A stretch of DNA of 64,000 nt from an uncultured cyanobacterium (GTDB taxonomy: Bacteria; Cyanobacteriota; Cyanobacteriia; Cyanobacteriales; CAWCAG01). Shown in pieces: positions 39,691 through 49,440 of the stretch. The stretch's first letter is position 1. Each line of letters starts with the position of its first letter. The stretch lies in assembly GCA_963803805.1 (NCBI GenBank), contig CAWDOD010000006.1:160001-224000 (forward strand). The letters run 5' to 3'. Under the pieces are notes generated by a model. It saw only the letters and a list, made by a program, of their open reading frames with translations, made no database searches and was not told the DNA's origin. The position numbers were made by a program, and so were the translations under genes.

Positions 39691-42666
39691 GTGAATCATC
39701 TACAGGAGTGGTCTGCAAGTTGTGTTGATGACCAACTTACTCGTCTTAATGTTATCCCTTTAGAAGGGGCGCAACCCTACGACTATCTTTTTTATTCTGA
39801 AACTATTCCTCGGAGAAATGATGGCCGGGTTAGTACTCAATTTCTTAAACGTTACGAACATACTGAGGAAGGGGGTTGGTGGTGTTCGGGTATTGATCTC
39901 CTGACAGGATATGAAGATAATTGGGGTTGTTTTAAGCCGGAAAAACCTCGTTATACCGCAGATCGGCAGAAGGTAATTAAGTACGAACATCCTCCAAAAG
40001 CACCCACCGGAGTTTTTGCTTTACGGGTTCCTCTTCATCTTTGGGAACGTATTGCCCATCGCTATAAGCAAAAACTTTCTCCTCAAAAAGTTAAAGCGGG
40101 CTTTTGGCAGTGGTTACAAAATCATCCCGAAATTCCCCTTTGTATCACCGAAGGGGCGAAAAAAGCTGGGGCTTTACTTACCGCTGGTTATGCGGCGATC
40201 GCACTTCCTGGTATTAATGGGGGCTACCGAGTACCAAGGGACGGTAGGGGAAGGAGAGTTGGTAAATCTCACCTGATTCCTCAACTCCTAGCCCTTGCTG
40301 GGGGAGGAAGAGAGTTTTATCTGGTTTTTGACCAAGATTCTAAACCTCGCACCATCAAAGCTGTTGATGCTGCTATACGCCGGACGGGATATCTGCTTAC
40401 TCAGCAAGGTTGTCCGGTGAAGGTGGTGGTTTGGGATCAAGAATTTGGTAAAGGGATTGATGATTTAATTGCTATTCGGGGTGAAGGTTTTTTTGAGGAG
40501 ATTTATCAACAGGCAGCTTCTTTTGATCATTGGAAAGCGAAATCCCTCAACCGCTTAACCTATCAAAGTGATCTCAAAGTTAATCAACGTTACTTGCCAC
40601 CTTTAGATATTCCCGAAACTGCCAAGTTAGTTGCCCTGAAATCAGCTAAAGGAACGGGGAAAACTAAATTTTTAGAAGGTGTAGTGGCTGAAGCTTTAGA
40701 AAGGGGACAGTGGGTTTTAGTTTTGGGGCATCGAGTACGCTTAGTAGAAGCCCTTTGTCAGCGTTTTGGTTTAAATTATGTTACGGAAATAAAAGATTCT
40801 CAACAAGACTCCCTTTTGGGTTATGGTTTGTGTGTGGATTCTCTCCACCCCAACTCCCAAGCCCAATTTAATGCCCATGATTGGTTTGATGGGGTAGTTA
40901 TTATTGATGAGGTGGAACAGGTTCTTTGGCACGCCCTCAATTCTAGTACCTGTAGTAGCAATCGAGTTGCCATTCTTAAATCCTTAAAAACCTTGATGCA
41001 AAATGTTTTAGGAGGTAGTGGTCAAGTTTTTGTTACCGATGCTGACTTAAGCGATTTAGCTTTGGATTATTTAATTGCTTTAGGGGGAGTTGAGATCGAA
41101 CCTGTGGTAATTGAAAATACCTGGCAACCTGGCATTGAGGAAGCTTGGCAAGTTTATCATTACCCAGAAAGTAAGCCGAAAAGGTTATTAAAAGATTTAG
41201 AAAAACATATTGCCGAAGGGGGAAAGCCTTTTGTTTTTCTTTCTGCCCAAAAGTTAAAAAGTCAGTGGGGAACTTCCAACTTAGAGTCCTATTTACAAAA
41301 GCAGTTTCCCCAGAAAAAGATTTTGCGTTTAGATTCAGAATCGCTGTTAGAACCTAGTCATCCCGCTTCTAATTGCATCACTAAATTAAACCAAGTCTTA
41401 CCCCATTACGATATTGTTTTAGCAAGTCCGGTAATTGAAACTGGTATCAGTATTGACTTACAAGGGCATTTCACCTCGGTTTGGGCGATCGCCCAAGGAG
41501 TGCAAGCAGAAAACAGTGTCAGACAATCATTAGGACGCATTAGAGAAAATATTCCTCGCTATCTTTGGGTTGCCCCCTATGGGTTTAATCAAGTGGGGAA
41601 TGGTTCTACTTCTATTCCTACTCTCCTTTCCTCTGGGCAACGACTTACGCAACTTAATGTCCGTTTGTTACAACAATCAGATTTTGCTTCCCTAGATGAC
41701 TTAGATACCGGGTTTCAGGCAGAATCATTAATGTGTTGGGCGAAAATGGCGGTGCGTTTTAATGCTGGGATGGTGCAATATCGAGAGACAATCTTAAGGG
41801 CTTTGCAAGCAGAAGGGCATCATCTCCAAGAAGCACCTCCTTCTGTGGTTAATAAAACCAACTCCCCGACAAACTCCCTTACTGAAGCGATTACAGAAGT
41901 TAGAGACAGGAATTATGAAGCGGAATGTCAAGGGATTGCCTTTGCAAAAGATATTAGCGATCACACTTATAATACCCTGAAAAAACAATTAATTAAAACC
42001 CCAACTCAAAGGCGATCTCAACGCAAACATGAACTTAAATTGCGTTATGGCATCCCGGTAACAACTCAACTAGTGATTAGGGATGATGGCGGTTGGTATC
42101 AGAAAATTCGCCTCCATTACTTTCTCACTGTAGGGAAGGAACATCTAGCGGAAAGGGATAGGTTAGCAGCCCAAAGATTGATTAATAGTGGTGAAGGGAG
42201 TATCTTTTTACCGGATTTTAACCGTTCTCAATTAGGGGCAACCATCGGCACAATGGAGATCCTGGGTATTCCTGTGTTGTTGGGGCTGAGGGGAAAGGAG
42301 TTGAAAAATAGTGATACCGATTTGCAAAAAATGGCGCAATTAGCTTTAAGTAACCGTTCGGAAATTAAAACTTTGGTAGGTTTGGGATTGGCGAAAAACT
42401 CTAGTCCGATTATGATTATTCGACGCTTCTTAGATAAAATTGGTTATAGTTTGCAATATCTACGTTGTGAAAGCCAAGGGAAAAAACGGATTAGGGTTTA
42501 TCAAATCAAAGAACCATTGGATAATCGCTTTGAGGTGTTTAAGTATTGGTTTGCTGGGGAAGGATATTACAAAAATCATCATTTAGCAGCAGATTTATTT
42601 CCTTGTTTAAATAGTACTGATTATCCTCAAGAAAGTAATCATGTTCAACTTTCTCTTGCTTTATGA
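39691..42666 (+). CDS. CyRepA1-family primase/helicase (DUF3854 Toprim-like plus SF2-like helicase)
   Basis: KYEHPPK, ITEGAKKAG, FDQD, KGIDD, Walker A SAKGTGKT, IIDEVEQV, ASPVIETGISID; GTG 39691 (MNHLQEW) is the likely start. Confidence 0.88.
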   Translation: MNHLQEWSASCVDDQLTRLNVIPLEGAQPYDYLFYSETIPRRNDGRVSTQFLKRYEHTEEGGWWCSGIDLLTGYEDNWGCFKPEKPRYTADRQKVIKYEHPPKAPTGVFALRVPLHLWERIAHRYKQKLSPQKVKAGFWQWLQNHPEIPLCITEGAKKAGALLTAGYAAIALPGINGGYRVPRDGRGRRVGKSHLIPQLLALAGGGREFYLVFDQDSKPRTIKAVDAAIRRTGYLLTQQGCPVKVVVWDQEFGKGIDDLIAIRGEGFFEEIYQQAASFDHWKAKSLNRLTYQSDLKVNQRYLPPLDIPETAKLVALKSAKGTGKTKFLEGVVAEALERGQWVLVLGHRVRLVEALCQRFGLNYVTEIKDSQQDSLLGYGLCVDSLHPNSQAQFNAHDWFDGVVIIDEVEQVLWHALNSSTCSSNRVAILKSLKTLMQNVLGGSGQVFVTDADLSDLALDYLIALGGVEIEPVVIENTWQPGIEEAWQVYHYPESKPKRLLKDLEKHIAEGGKPFVFLSAQKLKSQWGTSNLESYLQKQFPQKKILRLDSESLLEPSHPASNCITKLNQVLPHYDIVLASPVIETGISIDLQGHFTSVWAIAQGVQAENSVRQSLGRIRENIPRYLWVAPYGFNQVGNGSTSIPTLLSSGQRLTQLNVRLLQQSDFASLDDLDTGFQAESLMCWAKMAVRFNAGMVQYRETILRALQAEGHHLQEAPPSVVNKTNSPTNSLTEAITEVRDRNYEAECQGIAFAKDISDHTYNTLKKQLIKTPTQRRSQRKHELKLRYGIPVTTQLVIRDDGGWYQKIRLHYFLTVGKEHLAERDRLAAQRLINSGEGSIFLPDFNRSQLGATIGTMEILGIPVLLGLRGKELKNSDTDLQKMAQLALSNRSEIKTLVGLGLAKNSSPIMIIRRFLDKIGYSLQYLRCESQGKKRIRVYQIKEPLDNRFEVFKYWFAGEGYYKNHHLAADLFPCLNSTDYPQESNHVQLSLAL

Positions 42667-42756
42667 GAAGAAAGAAATAGAGTTTATCTTGCCCTATTTT
42701 TAAGTAAATGTTACGAAATATGAATCGTTTTTTTCTGTTTTTTGGCTAATTTTTCC

Positions 42757-42797
42757 TTGACAAGCTAAAATTAGTTTAGATAATGAGAATATTAACA
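42757..42797 (+). promoter_or_regulatory. Candidate sigma70 promoter overlapped by a Fur-box-like site
   Basis: TTGACA (42757), 16 nt, GATAAT; GATAATGAGAATATTAACA matches 13/19 of the classical Fur box. Confidence 0.4.
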
Positions 42798-43015
42798 ATT
42801 TTTTAAACGAAAGTACATATTTCCCATTATAAAATAATACCATCAAAGGTAAATAGAATCAATGGGAAGATTATTTTTATTTCGCCGCGAAACCTAGTTT
42901 AAATAATTGCGGTAGAGTTAGTGAGGTGAACATTCCTTAGCTGTTATTATAAATGCTTTAAGACAGAAATTGCCTCTTACAAATAGCAACTAGCCATTAG
43001 CCATTAGCAAATCCT

Positions 43016-43771
43016 ATGTTTGAAAAATCCCACCAAGATCCACCAGGTTTATGGGGTATGGTTGCATTAGGTTCCTTGGCCATTCATGGCTTATGTTTCT
43101 GGTTATTATGGGGAATATTCTTACCCAATCGTGCCAAGGGAGATGAAAAGGCAACTATTCCCATCGAAATTATTGCGGTCAAGGCTAATCAATCTCCTGT
43201 AGATACTCCCAAAGCTAGTATTCAGCCTCAAAAGCCCCCTACAATCCCAAATAGTAAACAGATTCCCACTCTTCCACCCCAACCTAATCAACCTCCTACT
43301 CCATCTCCCTCAACTACTCCATCTCCCTCACCTAGCCCCACTCCAACGCCAGAACCAAGTGTCTCTCCTTCTCCTGGTCTTCCTAAAGGTAATAAAGGAT
43401 TTAGAGTTAATGTAGGCCGATTTGAACGTACAGGGACAAACATAGATAATCTGGGCCAAGATGTTGATACCATTGACCAACCAGCAACAATTAAACCTAA
43501 CTACAAGATTCTTTTTAACCATCTCAATTTACTAGGCTTTTCTACACAACAGCCTTTAATTTTTGAAGTAATTATAGTGGTTGAGACTAATGGTAAAGCC
43601 AATGTTGATCCTAGTTCTCCTGTAATAGTTCAGCAAGGCAATATTAGTCAAGCAGCAGCTAAAGCCTTAGCCGCAGAGATTATTAGAGAGTGGGAGTTTA
43701 ATCCTACTGTTATAGAAGAAGGATTTGTCGCTTATTCCTACCATCTCCGATTAAGTACCAATCCCCTCTAA
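43016..43771 (+). CDS. Proline-rich membrane-anchored protein, TonB-like
   Basis: N-terminal TM with SLAIH (SxxxH) motif, (PS/PT)n linker, C-terminal W.F.P motif. Confidence 0.55.
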   Translation: MFEKSHQDPPGLWGMVALGSLAIHGLCFWLLWGIFLPNRAKGDEKATIPIEIIAVKANQSPVDTPKASIQPQKPPTIPNSKQIPTLPPQPNQPPTPSPSTTPSPSPSPTPTPEPSVSPSPGLPKGNKGFRVNVGRFERTGTNIDNLGQDVDTIDQPATIKPNYKILFNHLNLLGFSTQQPLIFEVIIVVETNGKANVDPSSPVIVQQGNISQAAAKALAAEIIREWEFNPTVIEEGFVAYSYHLRLSTNPL

Positions 43772-43821
43772 TTTTTCTGCAAACAGTAGCAATTTATGTT
43801 AACCTTATTTAGTTATAGACT

Positions 43822-43892
43822 GCGGGCGTAGTTTAGTGGTAAAACCTTAGCCTTCCAAGCTAATGATGCGGGTTCGATTCCCGCCGCCCGCT
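43822..43892 (+). tRNA. trnG: tRNA-Gly(TCC)
   Basis: GCGGGCGTAGTTTAGTGGTAAAACCTTAGCCTTCCAAGCTAATGATGCGGGTTCGATTCCCGCCGCCCGCT; anticodon TCC. Confidence 0.96.
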
Positions 43893-43929
43893 TAATTTTG
43901 TATATTGCTGGTAGATTAGAGGTGAAGTT

Positions 43930-44116
43930 GCGATCGCCCCTCTCGTAGGGTGCGTTAGGCTGCTATTATTCATCGGGCCAAATAAACACGATTAAATTAT
44001 GCCGTAACGCACCAACTCCCTTTAGTCAGTTGTTTTTGGTGCGTTACGCAATGAAGAAGAGTTAAAGTATTTTCGATGAGTATTATGACTTTGCTAACAC
44101 ACCCTACAAAATCAAC
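43930..44116. repeat. HIP1-linked GTAG...CTAC REPIN-like element, copy 1
   Basis: GCGATCGCCCCTCTC-GTAGGGTGCGTTAG..TAACGCACC..GGTGCGTTACG..GCTAACACACCCTAC-AAAATCAAC. Confidence 0.85.
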
Positions 44117-44139
44117 TACTAATAGCTACAGTTGTATTA

Positions 44140-44577
44140 ATGCCTAACAAAGACAAATACCACGAAAATGTTAAAAATGCCCTTCGTAAAGATGGATGGA
44201 TTATTACCAATGATCCACTGCATTTGAAGTGGGGTAGGAAAGATTTGTATGTTGACTTAGGGGCAGGAAAATTAGTGATTGCAGAAAAAGAATCACAAAA
44301 AATTGCTGTTGAAATTAAAACTTTTGGTAGCCACTCAGAAGTTGCAGACTTACAAAAGGCAATCGGACAATACTTCACCTACCTGGCTGTAATCAAACGA
44401 ACCTATCCTGATAGAGAATTGTACCTTGCCACTCATGAGGAAGTTTTTGGTGATATCTTTGCAGAAGAACCCTTGGGACAACTTTTATTAAAAGAGTACC
44501 AAATTCCCCTCATCATTTTTGATCCACAACGGGAGGTTATTACTCAATGGTTAACTTGGCAGAATACGGAAAAGTGA
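44140..44577 (+). CDS. xisH: XisH family protein
   Basis: MP.KD.YH..VKNAL.KDGW.IT.DP, DLGA, IAVEIKTF, AIGQY. Confidence 0.92.
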   Translation: MPNKDKYHENVKNALRKDGWIITNDPLHLKWGRKDLYVDLGAGKLVIAEKESQKIAVEIKTFGSHSEVADLQKAIGQYFTYLAVIKRTYPDRELYLATHEEVFGDIFAEEPLGQLLLKEYQIPLIIFDPQREVITQWLTWQNTEK

Positions 44578-44903
44578 TTTGTAATGTCTTAATTGAACAT
44601 ACCAAAATCCCCTACTCCTACGGTGACATTAAACACGAAACAGTTTTTGATAAAGAACAAAACCGCTACATAGTCATGATATTAGGGCGAGAACCCTTCC
44701 CTGAACTTTCTCCGACAGCAACCCGACGAGTTCATGGTTGTTTAATTCACGTCGATATAATCGGTAATCGCATCTTTATTCAACGGGATGGTACAGAGGA
44801 GGGCATTGTTAATGAACTTATTCAAGCAGGCATACCGGAAGATAAAATCGTCTTGGAATACAAATCTAAGCGATTAAGAAAAGACTTAGGATTAGCAATT
44901 TGA
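44547..44903 (+). CDS. xisI: XisI family protein
   Basis: HGCLIHVDI....IFIQRDGTEEGI..EL..AGIP...IVL; overlaps xisH. Confidence 0.92.
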   Translation: MVNLAEYGKVICNVLIEHTKIPYSYGDIKHETVFDKEQNRYIVMILGREPFPELSPTATRRVHGCLIHVDIIGNRIFIQRDGTEEGIVNELIQAGIPEDKIVLEYKSKRLRKDLGLAI

Positions 44904-44989
44904 TAATTTACTCTGTAAGTCCTAAAACTACCACTTATACCCAAAATCTCGCCCCTACTATTACAACATTTTAGGCGTGCCACGCCAGT

Positions 44990-45078
44990 GCGATCGCCCC
45001 TCTTGTAGGGTGCGTTAGGCTGCTATCATTCATCAGGCCAAATAAACAAAATTAAATTTTGCCGTAACGCACCAAAAC
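44990..45078. repeat. HIP1-linked REPIN-like element, copy 2 (first hairpin only)
   Basis: GCGATCGCCCCTCTT-GTAGGGTGCGTTAGGCTGCTAT...GCCGTAACGCACCAAAAC. Confidence 0.85.
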
Positions 45079-45087
45079 TAAGGTCTT

Positions 45088-45225
45088 TTAGGCGTTGTTG
45101 TGCTGAAGAAGAAAGTAGATGCCGATAGTAATTAAGGCGATCGCAAAAGTAAAAGGTGATTCGGCGAAGGTGAGGAAGATAATTAGTAGTTCGAGGATGA
45201 TTTTTAGTTCTTCAATATTTTTCAT
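45088..45225 (-). CDS. Putative 45-aa hydrophobic small protein, absent from the ORF track
   Basis: MKNIEELKIILELLIIFLTFAESPFTFAIALITIGIYFLLQHNNA*. Confidence 0.45.
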   Translation of the reverse strand: MKNIEELKIILELLIIFLTFAESPFTFAIALITIGIYFLLQHNNA

Positions 45226-45373
45226 TTTTGCTGTTTGAACTCTACAATTCCATTGCAATAGGTGTTGTGTTGAGTTCCGTGGTGAGGGAAGTTCTGATTT
45301 TGTGGTGAGTTTGTCTTGAGTGTATTGAGTTTGTGTTGAGAAAGGCTGTAACCCTTATTTGACCGTTATCATA

Positions 45374-45515
45374 GTAGGGTGGGCAAATAAACCATGATTT
45401 TGGGTTGTTATTAATAACAAGAGTTTTGCCCACCTGTTGGCTACAAATATCATGGTGGGCAAATCAATAATAATTTTGATTGTCCATCTCAATAAAGGTA
45501 CTTTGCCCACCCTAC
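45374..45515. repeat. Second GTAG...CTAC REPIN-like family
   Basis: GTAGGGTGGGCAAA..TTTGCCCACC..GGTGGGCAAA..TTTGCCCACCCTAC. Confidence 0.8.
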
Positions 45516-45518
45516 CTA

Positions 45519-46711
45519 GTAGTCTGTCAATCATGAATTTGTGGATAAAGATTCTTGAGACGAACACGGGCATCTTCAGTGGTAAATTGCCAATCTACCG
45601 ACTTTTGCAATCTGTTACGCTCCACACACCAAGCCTGAGTCTCACTCTCTAAAACTTCCCGCTCTCCAATTCGTCTATCCAAGCACTGTCGAGTCAAAGC
45701 AGACAACTCAATCTCAGCAATATTAAGCCAACTTCCATGTTTGGGAGTATGGTGAATTTCCAACTTTTCTACTAAACCACGGGCAGTTGGTGGTTCAAAG
45801 GCTTTATAAAAAGAAGCCTGTGTGTGAGTGTTTAACTGGTCACATACCAAAGTTACGGTTTCACTCTCTGGGTAGTCTTGCTCTAGTAAATGCTGTACCT
45901 GTAATGCCCAATCTACTGCGGTTCTTGTCTGGGTAACTATAACCTTTCGCCAGCCTGAAAGAGGTTCTGTAAATATGAAGAGGTTCGCCGTTCCATTACG
46001 TTCATATTCGTAATCGAATGACTCTGGATATCCCGGTTTGGCCGGTAGCCGAGTGCGAGTTTCTTTAATTAGTTGCACCGGTTTTTCATCCATACAGATC
46101 ATGGGATGCTTGGGGTCATAGGGTCGATGATAAACTTCTAATACATCCTCCATCTGAGCTACAAATTCAGCATTTTTTTGAGGGGGAATGACATATTGCT
46201 TACGCAGATGAGGCTTTAATTGGTTTTTTTTAGCTCTCGTCTGACTGTTTCGTGGCTAATCTCTGGCACAATCTCCAGCTCTGCTAATTTGTCTGCTAGG
46301 AGTCTTAATGTCCAACGTGCTTGCCCTTTTGGAGGCTCTCCACACCTTAAGGCTATTAGCTTTGCCTGCGCTTCTCCATCACATACTTTGGGGCGCGATG
46401 GACTTTTTTGCTTCTTTCTCTCTAATGCTCTTTCTAAACCAACTTCTACTAATCTTTGTCGCAGATTCGCTACTGTGTTTCGGTGACAGCCAAATGTCTT
46501 CGCTGCCTCTTTGTCTGTCCATCCTTGTCCATTCACGTCTATGTTTAACAGTATATTCGCGTGTTTTATCTTATATGCTGCTGCTTTACCCTTTGATACT
46601 AATTCTTGGAGTTGCTGTCTTTCTTCTTCTGTTAATCTCACTATGTAACGTTTCTGCATTTTTTACATTTGCTTCCTGATTCCACTCACAAAATTAATTA
46701 TGACAGACTAC
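45519..46711 (-). mobile_element. IS630-family insertion sequence, apparently intact
   Basis: TIRs GTAGTCTGTCA.../...TGACAGACTAC; TA duplication in a CTAG target (45517-18, 46712-13); two-ORF transposase. Confidence 0.93.
45527..46659 (-). CDS. IS630 transposase: HTH ORF (46216..46659) and DDE ORF joined by a -1 frameshift
   Basis: A8C slippery run at 46223-46231; the -1 frame continues NQLKPHLRKQYVIPP into MDEKP...DQLNTH...HGSWLNIAEIE. Confidence 0.9.
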
Positions 46712-46724
46712 TAGAAGCTAAAGA

Positions 46725-49418
46725 ATGGGACGTTCTCTTAAGGTTTCCCCTGATAATATTAAACGAGTTAAGGATGCGGTTAAACGTAATGGTTATACTA
46801 GTCAGAATGCTTTTATAAAAGCTACAGGTATCTGTAGTAAATCGACTTACAGTAATTTCTTTCGAGGCAAACCAATCGATTTTGATTATTTTGCAGAAAT
46901 CTGTGACAAGCTGGGTTTAGATTGGCAGGAAATATCTTCCCAAGAAACGAATAATCAGCCAACAGAATTACCCTTACCTCTCACCTACGAAAAAGATACT
47001 TGGGTAGGGAGGGAAGAAACTTTAATAGAATTAAAACTCAAGCTACAAGAGAAAATTCGTTTGTTAGTTATTACCGGATTAACGGGGCAGGGAAAAACAG
47101 CTTTAGGGGAAAAGTTAACGCGGGATTTACGGCAGGATGGTAAATGGCATTATTTAAACCCAGCTAATTTTGACGATGCCACCACTCCCAAGGATTTTGT
47201 TGGTTTTGCGGGAAAGTTATTAACAGAGTTGGGAGAAGAACTTAACCCAGAAAGTCTTAATAATGCACAATTTTTGTTCAACAAATTAATAGCTAAATTG
47301 CGTCATCGGGCTTATTTATTACAGTTTGATTCTCTGGAGGTTTTGTTACAAGGTAATGACTTTGTTGATAGTTGGTGGGAGGAATTTTTTAATTCTTTTT
47401 TGGCTAACTCTCAAAGTCGCTTTATCCTCACCTCCCAAGTTTTTCCTCGTCAGTTGTACAAAAGATACAAAGAGTTTCTTGGTGAATATCAATTACCAGG
47501 GCTTGGGGAAAAGGAACAATGGCAACTGTGGCAGAAGTTGTTTTCTCTTCAGGGGAAGGAGTTGCAACGGGACAGTTTACCAGGGCAACATCTCCAACAA
47601 ATCAGCAAGGTTTATGAAGGACATCCTTTGGTGATTAAGGTAATTGCAGGGGAAATTTTAGATGCCTATCAAGGGGATGTGTCAGCTTATTACCAGAGGT
47701 ATGAGGAAGAGTTTACAGTAATTGAACGCAGCGACACCCATGAAGGTTTAGAAAACAAGGTTAGGGCCAGGGTGAAGGTTGCTTTAGCTAGGTTAAAGAA
47801 GGAAGCACCTACGGCATATAGTTTGCTGTTGCGGAGTTCAGTGTTTCGTTTGGCTGTGGTGGCAGATTTTTGGTTGGGGATGTTGCCGGGGGTTAAGGAG
47901 AGGGAAAAGAAAAGGGGCAGAAATGTTTTAGAGTCCCGTTGTTTGGTGATTGAAGAAGGAAATTTACTACGGCAACATAATTTGATTCGCAGCACGGCTT
48001 CTAGTTTGTTGCAGGAGGAGGAGGATTGGCAGGAGGTACACAAACAAGCGGCAAGGTTATGGTTGCAGGATTATGAAGCGGATGCAGAGGCGGAGAATTT
48101 AGTTAAGGTGCAGGGTTATTTGGAGGCGTTTTATCATTTTTGCGAGATTGAGGCTTGGGAGGAGGCTAGTGAAATTTTGGCGATTAAGATGGATACACCT
48201 ACTCAGGAAGATTTAGATAATCAACTGGGTACTTGGGGTTTATATCGCCAGCAGATTGATTTATATAGTCAACTTTTAAACAAATTAGATGATCATTGGC
48301 AAGGTATCTGTTTAACAGGTTTGGGTAATGCTTACTACAGTTTGGGAGACTATCACCAAGCCATTGATTATCACCAGCAGCGTTTAACCATCGCCCAACA
48401 AATCGGTAATCGCAACGGAGAAGGTTCTGCTTTAGGTAATTTGGGAATTGCTTACCACAGTTTGGGAGACTATCACCAAGCCATTAAATATCACCAGCAA
48501 CATTTAACCATCGCCCAACAAATCGGTGATCGCAACGGAGAAGGTAATGCTTTAGGTAATTTGGGAATTGCTTACCACAGTTTGGGAGACTATCACCAAG
48601 CCATTAAATATCACCAGCAGAGTTTAACTATCTTCCAACAAATCGGTGATCGCAACGGAGAAGGTAATGCTTTAGGTAATTTGGGAATTGCCTACGACAG
48701 ATTGGGAGACTATCACCAAGCCATTGATTATCACCAGCAACATTTAACTATCGCCCAACAAATCGGCGATCGCAACGGAGAAGGTACTGCTTTAGGTAAT
48801 TTGGGAATTGCTTACGACAGTTTGGGAGACTATCACCAAGCCATTGATTATCACCAGCAACATTTAACTATCGCCCAACAAATCGGCGATCGCAACGGAG
48901 AAGGTACTGCTTTAGGTAATTTGGGAATTGCTTACGACAGTTTGGGAGACTATCACCAAGCCATTGATTATCACCAGCAACATTTAACTATCGCCCAACA
49001 AATCGGCGATCGCAACGGAGAAGGTAATGCTTTAGGTAGTTTGGGCAATGCTTACGACAGTTTGGGAGACTATCACCAAGCCATTGATTATCTCCAGCAG
49101 CGTTTAACTATCGCCCAACAAATCGGTGATCGCAACGGAGAAGGTATTGCTTTGGCTAATTTGGGAAATACTTATTATAAACTTGAGGATTATTCTCAAT
49201 CTCAACAATACTCTCAAGCAGCATTAGCTATTTTTCGTCAAACTGGCTTTAAATATGGTGAGGCTACAGTACTTAATAACTTAGCTAGAATCAATGAAAA
49301 ATTAGGCAATCTGGAACTAGCCAAACAACAGTGCCAACAAGCCTTAGAAATAGCCACGGAATTAGGCATACCCTTAGTTAAAGAATGCCAAGAGTTGCAA
49401 GAAAAGCTGGGCAGTTAG
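46725..49418 (+). CDS. STAND/NB-ARC-type NTPase with N-terminal HTH-like domain and C-terminal TPR array
   Basis: Walker A GLTGQGKT, Walker B LLQFDSLE, ILTS, GHPL; seven near-identical 40-aa (120-bp) repeats. Confidence 0.88.
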   Translation: MGRSLKVSPDNIKRVKDAVKRNGYTSQNAFIKATGICSKSTYSNFFRGKPIDFDYFAEICDKLGLDWQEISSQETNNQPTELPLPLTYEKDTWVGREETLIELKLKLQEKIRLLVITGLTGQGKTALGEKLTRDLRQDGKWHYLNPANFDDATTPKDFVGFAGKLLTELGEELNPESLNNAQFLFNKLIAKLRHRAYLLQFDSLEVLLQGNDFVDSWWEEFFNSFLANSQSRFILTSQVFPRQLYKRYKEFLGEYQLPGLGEKEQWQLWQKLFSLQGKELQRDSLPGQHLQQISKVYEGHPLVIKVIAGEILDAYQGDVSAYYQRYEEEFTVIERSDTHEGLENKVRARVKVALARLKKEAPTAYSLLLRSSVFRLAVVADFWLGMLPGVKEREKKRGRNVLESRCLVIEEGNLLRQHNLIRSTASSLLQEEEDWQEVHKQAARLWLQDYEADAEAENLVKVQGYLEAFYHFCEIEAWEEASEILAIKMDTPTQEDLDNQLGTWGLYRQQIDLYSQLLNKLDDHWQGICLTGLGNAYYSLGDYHQAIDYHQQRLTIAQQIGNRNGEGSALGNLGIAYHSLGDYHQAIKYHQQHLTIAQQIGDRNGEGNALGNLGIAYHSLGDYHQAIKYHQQSLTIFQQIGDRNGEGNALGNLGIAYDRLGDYHQAIDYHQQHLTIAQQIGDRNGEGTALGNLGIAYDSLGDYHQAIDYHQQHLTIAQQIGDRNGEGTALGNLGIAYDSLGDYHQAIDYHQQHLTIAQQIGDRNGEGNALGSLGNAYDSLGDYHQAIDYLQQRLTIAQQIGDRNGEGIALANLGNTYYKLEDYSQSQQYSQAALAIFRQTGFKYGEATVLNNLARINEKLGNLELAKQQCQQALEIATELGIPLVKECQELQEKLGS

Positions 49419-49440
49419 GGAGCTGAGGAGCTGGGGTTTT

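Noticed and set aside
45242-45652. Short ORFs 45242..45433, 45355..45573 and 45437..45652
   Set aside because: They run across REPIN palindromes and the IS630 end; probably spurious.
48320-49160. Diversity-generating retroelement target in the TPR repeats
   Set aside because: No reverse transcriptase or separate template repeat in the window; variation is not confined to adenine positions.
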